DNA from: Podarcis erhardii
Taxonomy: Eukaryota
DNA length: 64,000 nt
Reading direction: 5' to 3' (one strand)
NCBI GenBank assembly: GCA_964252035.1
Contig: CAXUOO010000263.1
In this document: piece by piece, positions 49,923 to 61,338 of the stretch
Layout: each line of letters opens with the position of its first letter
Position numbering within the stretch: the stretch's first letter is position 1
The notes under the pieces: model-generated
What the model saw: only the letters and a program-made list of their open reading frames with translations
Told to the model about the DNA's origin: nothing
Databases searched by the model: none
Program-made: the position numbers and the translations under genes

Positions 49923-52900
49923 TTCTCAATCTTATCATGACTTGTATGGTTCGCGCTAGCACCTTCAGGAATGGAGCAGCCAATGATCTTTTGCGCAGCA
50001 CAAAAGGACTCGCAATGCAAAGCAAAAAAAAATTCCAGCAGCGCTCGCACTAAAATAGATCTAAAGAACTGAAAGGATGGCGACCCTCCACACGAAGCAG
50101 CAGCAGACGCCCTTGTTGAAGGAGACTCACACTGCAGCTCTGCAGTCTACGCTCCCGCCCACGTCTCCACTATGCTGCTAAATGGCAACACAACTGCTGC
50201 CTTTACCAGCTGTAGGAAATCCACAAAAATTTATTTTCATAAATAGCTTAGATGCAAATGGAAAAAACTACATATTCATATACATATATGAATAAATATA
50301 TATATATGTATGCAGATGTAGACTTTAGTATGTATGCCGGATTCTGCCTGTGTATGTGTGTAACTTCACATATACACATAGATACACATATATGGATTTG
50401 AATTTAAATTCATGCTATGCTTTGTCTGCTGTATGCTAGCCTCCTGTTTTGGCTTTGTTCTTCTGGGCGTTGCTTTAAATGCAAGGCAAATCTGTGTTGG
50501 TGCTGCACTTTCACTGTAATGATGAAAAACACGCTGCTTCTGAAGCAGTCTCATATCATCCTGCTCTTACTATAATGACGCCTATTACTACATGCTTTGG
50601 CCAGTTGTCAGTTGCCCACTGCTGCTATACGCGGTTAATATCTGGTGCTACTTGCCGCTACAGCAACAGCGTTTACGTGTACTAAGAGGTTCCGAAGGAA
50701 AAAATTTGATGCGATGCGCTCTGGGTGTGCAGCGGCACCTAGCCACCAGCACAGACCGAGAATACGTATCGCATGGTAAATCGACTAGAAAGTCAACCAG
50801 ATGAATTGACTAGAAAAGTCAAACTTCGACAGATCTACTCTAAACCTGACAAATATGGTACGGAATCTTGACTAATTTACGTAGGAGCTCGATGCAGAGA
50901 AGTATGATACGAATAAGGAAACATGGTGCAGCACAGAGAAAAAGTCACCACCAGTACACACAAGTCCCTGGAAGGCGATTAAGGCGTGCTTTGCAGTGAG
51001 CACAGGCAAATTAGCTTATATGATAAACGAAAAATAAGCTTAAAGCTCATAGCTCGAATCTCACGCATCCTGTGCTGACATACGTGTCTGCAGCTTGCTA
51101 CGTGCAGCGCGCACAGGAAGGCGAGAACATCTGATCACATCCACGAATTCGAGGGAACATGCCAAAGGATCTAGTTTGCAAGTAAATTACATTCAAAAAT
51201 AACTTTGTGCTACCAAGATGCAAGTTGCCAAATGCGCAGCGCTTGAATCATGATTCACGACTCAGTATTGACAAGGATCCCGGGCGGGCCACCGTAAAAT
51301 TGACAGAAGATGTTTTGGCGGCGCCAAAAACTAGGAAAAATAGTCGAGAGAAAATCCAAATGCCATTTGGTCTTTTTTACCGATCCCTACACCAGGTTTG
51401 GGCGACAAGTTCAGAAAAAATCATAGCTGCAAACTCGCATCAACGATTCACAATGGTGCGGCGCTTTCCGCGCGGCCCACCACAAAATCGATAGGGATGG
51501 AACGATGGTATGTAGAGGCTCCAGTGAGAAAAAACGAAAGATAATATCATACGTTAGACCGCAGAATACAAAGAGCAAACCGTGTCCCGTCGTTCAAAAG
51601 TACTTGTCACAAGTATGTCTGCAAAAAATGACAATAATTTATCCTTTCAGCTAAGAATCGACAATGAAATCAGGCGCACCCATAACCCATAAGTGACTTG
51701 AAAGTGCTCACATCACAAGGGGAAGTGCATGCACAACCCTTTTGTTACTCACGTGTGCAAGAGAAGCCTCCGCATCGTATCATACCTTGCTGCATCATGG
51801 GGGAGGGTTCGTGGACGCAACTTGACAGTACGAGCCGCTTGAACATCAGCACGTCCTTAACATGGGACCGTCGAACAATACTTACAGGTTAGTCAGCTAC
51901 ACAGGAAAAGAACAGATTTTGACTGGAAACTTACATGAAAATGTTTCTGATCAAATTTATAGCAATTACGGTTTAGACGGTAATAGTCAGCATCAGTCAA
52001 GAAATTCCTTTCTCGTGTGAACACACCTACGAGTGCTCACTCCTCATTCGGTAAGCTACGCCCACGTATATTGCGATGACGGAGCATTTAAAACCAGCTG
52101 AGTTCGGCTAGCAACGTAGGGCGTATTCGCGTTGGCGCACTGTCACAACATAGAAGAACCTGACTTCAATGAAAAAAGTTTGCATAAGAAACAAGTTGAT
52201 GAATGCAAGTTTTTATCCAAAATAAAATAATGATACAAGTTTATTCTCGAACGATGGAGAGATCTGGTCTACACCGCCATGGTGGTTGTTGGGGTGTGCT
52301 ACACACTGTGCAGATAGCGTGAGTAACGCGGCAACAGCTGAGGGTCAGCCACTTTCACTAGAGACGCCTGAGGGTTATGCGGAGTGTGGCTGCAGCAGGC
52401 TTGCAGTTTTGGGACTCTATATACATGCCTGACTAAAAACGCGATGAACCGTCCCTAGTGACTCATTTCTAGCATACTTTTAAAAGTGTCAACTTTGTTG
52501 AGATGTACGTCTCCGATTTTATCGTCGTCTGCTTGTATCCGAGATCTAATACTTTCGTTGTAATGTGTGTGCTTATGTATTCACTGTGGTAGTAGAAGAG
52601 TAGGTAGTTGATCTGTTCTGCGGTGCAACCAAGGCGTGCAACGAAGTCCGAGTGTATTGGATACGCGGATCTGCCGTGGATGCACTGCTTCTCGTGTGTA
52701 GAGTGTGGCTTATACTGGTGTTAACCATGGACGCACTGCTACGTCTAACAAATCAGTATCTGAACAGGTTGTTGCTATCAAGTGCTGAACTCGAAAAAAT
52801 TCAACATCAACGGTGCGGTGAGCTTCCCTTTGTGCGATGCCCGCGCAGTGATCCTGACCCTAGCGCCCAAACAGATTCATTTCTTGAATATTGTGCAGCA

Positions 52901-53573
52901 AGTTGACATGAGCGAGGTTTTTAGAATAACGCTGTAAATAATGCACTTTCTGTGTATAATCTATTATCCATATAGTCTCAATTTTGCGTTAGCTGGTTAT
53001 GCTTGTATGCCACTGATGTATAAGTAAGTGCACACAGTTTTTGTGAGCCTCTTCAACTAAGTATGAAAATCCACAACCACGTCTTTCACAAAAAATCCTT
53101 TTGGTTATAAAAATCAGTGTGATTCGGTTTCAAGATGCCGCATAAATTTTTCTGGCGCTGCAATGTTGACCTTTGAACGGTCTGCATCTAAGTAATTGAC
53201 AAGTATGCGCAAATTCCAAGAACGCGGTAGCGCGCGAGGAATGCTTTTAAAATGCTGTCTAGAAAGAAAGGGAGTCCATTTGCTCAGTGAGTCATGCGCT
53301 GCATGCGCATAAGCGTTAGTTGATCTTACGGTTGGCGTATATACCGTGAACTGGTAAGATGTCCGCATCGAGAGAGAAGATGCAGAGACACGAGATGCGC
53401 TTGTTGAAATGATGAGCTTGACCGACATAGTGACTACATAAACGTGACTTTCCCTTTTACCGCGTTCACCCCCACTAAGCCTGAATACGGAAATATTGAT
53501 AGTTAAGCTTGTGTAATCACAGAGTTAATCTCATCTGTTTTGATCGACAACGTATTATAGGACGAAATCTTGG

Positions 53574-55770
53574 TCATTCTTCATGCTCAGCCGCAACGTC
53601 TCCTCTTCGCTGTAGAAGTCTTCGTTTCTTTTTTATTTTAAAGACGCTTACGAAGACAACAATAAGAAACAGAATAATTAGTGTTACCCAGAACCCAAAT
53701 GAGAACCCATACCAGCTAGTCTTTGGAAATAGCAATAGATCATTGTCCAAGCCAGCTTGAGAGTTAATATTACTCTTACTGCTAGCACCAGATTCACCTG
53801 AAGTCGCTTCTTCACTCGGTGAGCTGATACCATCGACATCACCGGGGGGCGGCGCGAGACCCATGTAGTTATATTCATGTGCACTTCTTCGCTCTCCTAT
53901 TTCTACCGAGGCAGCCTCACCGGAGGGAAGAGTTGATTTCGGTAGCATGCTGCCGCCGAAAGGTTTTTTATTCTTTTGACGACGGAGAATCTCCACAGCT
54001 AGCTCATTCTTCACCCGATATTGCCCCTCACGCCCCTCCTCGGTCTGTCCGAAAGTCTTTAACAAGTGCTCCGCAACAGCAAAAGATCCATTTTCACTCG
54101 CGGAGTCTGTTTCATCGAAGATCAATGACGGGCTCGAACTATGAACAGCATAATCATATAGATCCAGATCTTGCACTTCACCATTCTGTTAGCGTCGAGG
54201 GCAGAATTAATAGTTTTACAACGTATGTAGAAAAGAGTACTGAATCAGTGGTACAGTAAGTCGTAAATTGATCTCAAAAGAACCATGGACTCGTCCCAGA
54301 AGTTCACCATGTGAATTCGTTCACCACTATCACCTACTTAATTTTGGTAGAATCACATAGTGGGGGTCCTAAAAAAGCTTCATCCGATACCGCCCTGTAT
54401 TGTTGTCTTGCAAATTCACACAGAGACTTGATTGTGGATTCAGCTGTGATCTCGCCGCGAGCGCTGCGACAAAGCATTACACAAAAACGGCATATCACTA
54501 GAAGAGAACGTACACGCATGTCATCAGCCGAACTGGATGTGGAGCTAAGTATTGTAGGCATATGTGCATAGTCGGCGTTGGAACCTGGCACGTTGATAAG
54601 CTTGGGTGGCCAATATAACGCTCCTCCTTTCCATACGTGTTCATCGTACAATCTGTCAAAGCTTATCACGACAAGTAGGGGATAGTGACGCTACATCTGT
54701 AATTTCTTCGATTGAAAAAAATTGGGTTATTTTCTATATTTATGGAAGTAAGATCAAGCGCGTTTTTGTGTATGTGTGTATAATTTCGTCAGATTGAACG
54801 TATTATGAGACGTAATTATCTGTGTGAACCAATTCTCTACTGTAAGATTATGCAGTTGCAGCTATTAGACATCATACATTTGTCCATTTATCACAAGAGT
54901 TGGTACGACTGGAAAAACCGATTCGATCTGCTGTTGTAACAATGGTCCAGCAAGGTCTCCACATGCTTCCGCGATATTTGAAAGCGACACATGCAGACTC
55001 GCTAGCTGCCTTTGGCTACAGACGCGTTGGAATTGCAACTCCGCAACTATGCCACTCTGTATCGTATTATTCTTTGAGTTTCCAGTTCCCCTCTCTTCTG
55101 CTTTTGCATCTCCGTTGCCGGTGGCTTGTGCACTTGGAGCTTCTATGTGACTACAGTGCCTGCACCATTCTTGAAGATATCTCCAGAACACAACTTCAGG
55201 GAAAATTTGAGGTCGTGCTTCGCCTTCTCCGGCGTCAGTAAGCAATCGAGCATGTGAGTTGTTTTTTAAATAATCCGCCAGACAGAGCTGTAATAAAGAT
55301 TCTTCAACTACGACGCTACCCCCTAGTGACTCTTCATCCGCAGGAGGAAACGCGCAAAACTGGCCCATTTCACCTGTGAGACAGTGGCGTGCGCTACTCG
55401 GTTCCGCCTGCATGTTAAAAATGTGGTATGTGAGTCTCAAATTGATCTCAGGGTAGGGAGATGCTGGAGAGCCAGGAGATGAGGCGTCGTGGGAATTGTT
55501 ACTAGCATCACCTTTCGAAATTTCTTCCAGCTTCAACTGCTGCATCAGCGGGGCTAGACGAGACAGCAGCTCTACATTTGTAGTCACAGACAAATCAACA
55601 TGAATAACAGCTTCAACTTTTTGTTTGCTAGACGATTGAACTCTCTCTACACTGTCCTCAGATGTAACGGCGGACGTGATGTCGGCCGAAAATGGTACGG
55701 GTGTCATAGTTGCAGCATAATACGCAGCCGACAATTCAGTACGTTCCACGTATATTCTTCGGCCGGTAAA
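53574..55770 (-). CDS. Vacuolar sorting receptor (BP-80/VSR)-like type I membrane protein; exons ~54878..55770, 54338..54463 and ~53574..54185; 5' exons unresolved
   Basis: Motifs resemble the plant VSR luminal thioredoxin-like domain: KVEAVIHVD, GQFCAFPP..LGGSVVVEESLLQLCL, VVFWRYLQEWCRHC and, after a phase-2 splice (54878|gtatga..tcgcag|54463), PTLVINGQI-ARGEITAESTIKSLCEF (recalled VSR: [27 protein letters not shown]). The last exon has TM segment FGFWVTLIILFLIVVFVSVF followed by KIKKKRR. Confidence 0.65.
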
Positions 55771-57374
55771 GATCTACCTGTGGATGAAGTACATGGAAAC
55801 AATTAGCAGGCAAGCAATGGTATATAGTCAAACAGCATTCCCGGCACATTGAACCAATTAGCTCGGACAAAAAGCCGCAATATCTGTGTAGTGCATTTTG
55901 CTTCTACTACTGACCACCCATATATTCCAAAATGTGGAACGATGCACTCAACTAACGAGTCAGCGGAGCGTGACATAAAGCCTAAAAACTGATCTCAAGT
56001 TGGTGTTTTGAACCTACGTAATTTCTCGCTAGTACCGATGCGTATGAACACCACTGGCACCACGCGCGTATAGTATCAGCTGCATCAAAGGCTTTGTTCC
56101 CGGGCATCAGTAACTATTTGCTCTATTTGTGATCCCACAAATCCATCTTACTTATGCTATTGTTACCTATTACGGTAGTCAAATTGAAGTGGAATGAGGG
56201 CGTTACTTCTCGCGAAGCGTCGGATGAAAGCTATCTATCATGAACGCACATGTAGCAAGCATGGTATATCTGAGCATGTCAATTGACATCGAGGGTCGGC
56301 ATGCATGGCGAACCCGATGAAAAGTTTGTATTGTTGAAAGCCTTCACCAATATTTGTCGATCATTTACTGCACTTTCTACATTCTTTTTAAAGAAGATGA
56401 GTTTTTGGTTGTATTCGCTTTCTACATTCTAACAGTATGGTAGCTAGGAGTTTCCCGGTAGTATACGGAAATATTTTCTTTGAGATTGTATGTGATTAAT
56501 TAATAGAAAGTTTGTAGAACCACATTCACACCATAATTGCTTGATTATTTTGTCATGTACGGACGTATGGAAGCTTTAGTCGTTTCTTATCAGACTCTTT
56601 TTGTCTCCCTGACGACAGTATTGAAGCTTGCTCGTCCTCGCAGTAAAGCAGAAGGGTTGGTATCGCTATCTAATAAAGCGGTAAAGAACCTTGACCTTTG
56701 TGATTCAACTTATGTGTTTAATGGCACGTACTCATTTTTGCCACTGCAATAGTTCACAGCATGTTCGTCCACAAATTGTAGGCGTTGCTGACCAGACAAA
56801 TTGCGCCTATCACGGTATTTTCTTTTGCTTTTGCAAATTTTCACTTTTATTTGCCTCACGTTACGATTGTGGGTTATCGACTGCGCCTGAAAAAAACCAT
56901 ATGCCTTCCGATCCAGTCTATTCTGGGTTGTAGCAAACTGTGTGAATCATAGAGGCTGAATAGCGCTCAAACTCGATATCAAAGAGTCATCGCCGCACCC
57001 TTGCTCAAATCGCAGCAACATATTATATTGTACCCAAATATGAGAGCGTAAAAAGACTATGTGGTAGATTTTTATGGAGACAACTAATTACACTGCCGCA
57101 GATTGGCGCGTTTGTAACCCCAGTTTAAGCACGCAACCTTCGGGTGTACATACTTTACGCGCACACGATTCGGTGAAGGTGAAAATAAAGAAACTTCATT
57201 TTTGCACTCTTTCGTGTACTATAACAGAATAAGGACATGATTTTCACGCCGGAGACTGAATACTCATGTGATCTCGGCCTCCATGATAAAATTAGAAAAA
57301 CCTTGAAAATGATTAGCACTACGTAAAGTACAAAAATCTGTAACTGGAGTCTTGTGTGTGCACATTTTTCCGTG

Positions 57375-58291
57375 ATGAAAAAGCACGGTCTTGCAGAAAT
57401 ACTGTGCACGCTCGGTTTTATACATTTTCACTTGCTTGCCGTGCACGCAGAAAGAGAGGCAGAGAGATCAAAATTCATTGGACCTCTTCTTGGTGGCATC
57501 ATGCAAGGTGTGACAACGGGTTTGCAGACAGGTGCTAGCAGCGGCTCTGCTCTTCAAGGTGTTCTTGCCGGAGTGGGAGGAGGAATTGCAGGTTTGCTTG
57601 GAGTGCCAGAAGGGCGTGGTGTAGTCCCCTCGGCGCCTAAAATAGCTGTGAAGTTGATGCCAAACAAACACATGAAAATCTCGAAGGAAGAGCTTCGCAG
57701 CATCCTGTCGGATCTTAAACAAGAAATTCGCGAGCAGGTACGTTTACTGGTGTAGCGGCTATTGTGGTGAAATTTGCTTGAGAAACTTTTAGGTGTTGAG
57801 GGTGGAGAAGCAATACGGAAACGTAACGCCTCCTCCTACAATTGCCGGATCTATGTCTTTTTTGCAGCAGATAGTGCCTGTGAGAATCTACATTCTGCTT
57901 TTTAAGTAAATTAAAGTAAAAAAAGCTGCTGTGCCTTAGCGATTTGCTGAAAGCACCTCCAAAAAAACTTCGGCTTCCCGTGAAGCTTCGCTGAGCAATC
58001 CTGCAGTAAATCTAATTTACAAGTTTGACGCATTTACTTACACCCGTGTGCAGTTCAGGCAAATTAGCGAAAGTATTATAAAACCCGATGCGAAGCTAGT
58101 AGGAGATAATGATTTTGGCATTTCCATTCAACAACTCGAAAAAGTTTGTGTCCAATATTACACTCGAAAGACACCCAGAATTATAATTCAACTTTTTTTC
58201 CAGCAACTTTTTGATGCTGCGAGGCTTCTGAACATAAAAAAACACAAACCTCCCAGCGAACCCGAAAGTTTGCATAATAGGCTTCTCAACG
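57375..58291 (+). CDS. Putative secreted glycine-zipper protein; join(57375..57737,58054..58291,...), 3' end unresolved
   Basis: Signal-peptide-like MKKHGLAEILCTLGFIHFHLLAVHA, then a Gly-rich amphipathic stretch and a coiled-coil-like KEELRSILSDLKQEIREQ. Donor cag|gtacgt at 57738 and acceptor tgcag|58054 (phase 0); next donor g|gtgagt at 58292. Confidence 0.6.
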
Positions 58292-59596
58292 GTGAGTATA
58301 CTTCTATAAGAGGAAAGACTCATCTCCAACTCGTGTATGCAGGCCCCTTGTGACTCGGAGCCGCACAACACTCCCACACTAATGTTAACTCAGCTTCTTG
58401 AAGCAATTTCAGGCATTCGCAGGTTTTGTTCCTTTTTTGAAGAGGTGTTGGTCACGGTGCAATAATCTGCTTATCAGTTAAATGATTCTGTCTAGCGAAG
58501 ACCCTATGCTGATGCAAAAGCAATAATGCTCGAGACTGCGTGGCTACAAAATTGAATACAAGCGTGAATAAAAGCTTGACATGAGTGTCAAGGCTCGTCT
58601 AGAGTAGAAACTGTATGATACTTGTATACCCCTATGCCCTTCTGTACATCTTGTAAGTGTATAAGTGTGCCACACAAGAAGAAGACCCGGGAAAAACGCA
58701 TATTCTGTGTGCAATCTAATAAGTGTCAATGAGCGCTATTTATAAATTCAAGCGTACCGCATCACGACGACAATAATTTCACTCAGTTGTGCTGACGGAA
58801 AACCTTGTACCTTTTGTCGGATGCAAATTTCGGACTAAAGAATTCTATACAACCGACAATGTAAGAAAAGAGATAGTCGAATGCATTTCGAAGAGTGATG
58901 CACATTGCGTTTGCGGACAGTTTTCTTCCTTTACTTCGTTCCCTTTTGCCTTGAGCAGCACATGAAAAGTTTGACAATTCGATACGCATACCGCCTTAAA
59001 GAACTGAACAGAAGCTGCTAACATCAGATTCGTGCATCATATGGCGTTGCCGATTCGAATCTGGATAGTGACTCGAATGTCTGAAACGCATCATTTGCCA
59101 AAAGCGCTCGAGTTTTCAACAATTTATGAGACACAGCCTATTCGCTTGATGCTAGATATCCGAAGCGAAACGAATTCTTCCTATCCAGTGTGAATCTCAG
59201 ATATTTGGGGCTTTGCCAAATCCGAGAACTTATTGAACAGCAAAGCATAGTGTGTTTGAATTCGCCGAAATCGGGGAAGTACGTTCATGGCGAGAATACC
59301 TGTATATCAATTTGGTACGAGTTCGATACGAAACGGCGACACCAATTCCACGCGATGCTGACTCGAATAGTGCGCCCTTTACGGAAGTTTTACGATAACC
59401 GCTTGCATGATTCATCCACAATCACTTGTCGCAACAGAAAATCGTTAATGAGCGAGAAGCAAAAACCTGTCTGCCAAATTTGGACGTACAAAAAAGCATG
59501 GTAAACATGTATTTTACGCGCCGATAAGGGCGATATAATTTATACTTTCGGGCCCTCAATAAGTTGCCAGCTTCACGATAAACCTTGAGCGCTTCA

Positions 59597-60172
59597 TCAA
59601 GCATTCCATTTTTCCGCCAAACTATAAGTGTCCCACATATTCAGCGGAATCTGCTCGATCTGGCAGAGTATATTCGACGATGCGGTTTGGACGAAACAGT
59701 GTGCATATTGTGTGGCTTCTCTTTGGAATTTACAGAAGACACACAAATCTGTTCGCTGTATTCGAGTGTAGGCTACACAGCGATATGCGCAAAATAGTGC
59801 TCATTCTTTGCAGCTCTTCCATTCAGCCAGGTTACACTCATGAACAGTTCTTCACTCAGCATAAACTTATGATAACCGTCTGCGAACAAGACAGTTTACC
59901 ATGAAGGGCTTCCTCTGCTAAGGATGCTCCAGAATTCAATCTACTTTGTCGGGTAGGACGTCGCTTATCTCTTCAGGAATCCCTGCCCGTGAATGCTTGA
60001 ACCAAATCCCAACAAGTGCCAAGAAGAAAAAGAAAAATACAGTCCCTGTAATCCAGTTTACAGGCAGAACTCCGTCTATACCGTCGGATATAGTGCATCT
60101 GCTTTCAACGACCGGTGAAGGTGGAGGACTAGAGTCCAATCCAACCGTTGAATGCGTGTGCAATTCCTCCAT
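59597..60172 (-). CDS. Small single-pass membrane protein (~96 aa); join(59945..60172,59597..59659)
   Basis: ATG at 60172; TM segment WITGTVFFFFFLALVGIWF. Donor aaa|gtagat at 59944 and acceptor ctgccag|59659 (phase 0) give ...VLPDK|IEQIPLNMWDTYSLAEKWNA*. Confidence 0.45.
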
Positions 60173-61099
60173 ATCAAGCCTAAGCAGAGGAAACGAATAG
60201 GCTGTAAAAAGCGCAGCTACATCGCGTTCACGTATCGTGTGTTCAGCCCCACAGATTCGAGATCATAAGGCTGAGAGAATAGGTCTGCTTATCCAGTAAT
60301 CTACTTGCACAAGCATTTACACAAAAATCTTTCGAAAGAGCGGGACGTTTAAATCACACTTCTTTCATGAGGAAAACGGTCACAAAATCTACGCATAATC
60401 GAACACTGCTTTTCGCGTCGCATTATAGCTATCCGTACTATATGAGACGCGTCTACGTGGAAAATGCTTTTTTACCACGTCCATACCACCTACATGAATT
60501 ACTGTTTGTGTGCAGGCGTTGTAGCCTTGCCAACAAAATGAGAATTTGACTGCCACATCAAATTCTTCCATGCTGATTCCGTGCACTCGCTCACGAACAG
60601 CTCTATATTTATACAAGCACACAACTGTTTTTAATTAAATGTTCACACTTCATATGATGTAGCTTCGCTAGACGCTGATGGTCAACTGAGTATCAATCAC
60701 TAGACAAGTTTTTTACTTTATACATACGGGGGAGGAAAAGTAACTCTGTATAGAGCTGATTTCATCGGGGTACTCGGAAAAAGGGTAGCAGTATTGTGTC
60801 CAATTCGATGCACTAATGAAAAAACTTTTCTGATTTCATACATATATGTGCATATAGACTTTCGAGCAACTTGCTCAAGGGTGTAGACCAAACCTCTCTC
60901 TTGCGTGCTGCTAAGTCAGAGTTGATATTCTGTGGTTTTTTTTTCAGCGCGTTTCACAATTGTGCATTTAATTTGGGATAGCTTCTTGTTGGAAAATTCA
61001 GCAGCAGACTACACAACACGTTTTTGTGGAAGGAGTAAAATGATACTACTTACACACTGTGGTGTCTTCACATTCTGAGTTCAGTATTATACAGATTTC

Positions 61100-61338
61100 A
61101 CGCGTAAAGGCTACTAGCATGAATAAGGTACACCACACATAATTACCTCCTCCGTTCCAACTTCGATCTCCTAGAATACGCGTAATGTCTATTAGCATGA
61201 ACAAGTTACACCACACATAATCACCACCTCCGTTCCAACTTCGATCTCCTAGCATACGCGTGAAGGCTACTAGCATGAACAAGGTACAACACAAATAATT
61301 ACCACCTCCGTTCCAACTTCGATCTCCTAACATACGCG
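61100..61338. repeat. 78-bp tandem repeat, 3 diverged copies
   Basis: Units start with acgcgt at 61100, 61178 and 61256 (partial acgcgg at 61334). The core ctccgttccaacttcgatctccta is identical in all three. Confidence 0.95.

Noticed and set aside
51000-53400. Short ORFs (51207..51494, 52652..52906) as a possible gene or retroelement remnant
   Set aside because: No RT, integrase, gag or other motif, and no LTR-like direct repeats seen.
61100-61338. CRISPR-like interpretation of the 78-bp repeat
   Set aside because: Eukaryotic context, whole units are homologous (no unique spacers) and there are no cas genes.
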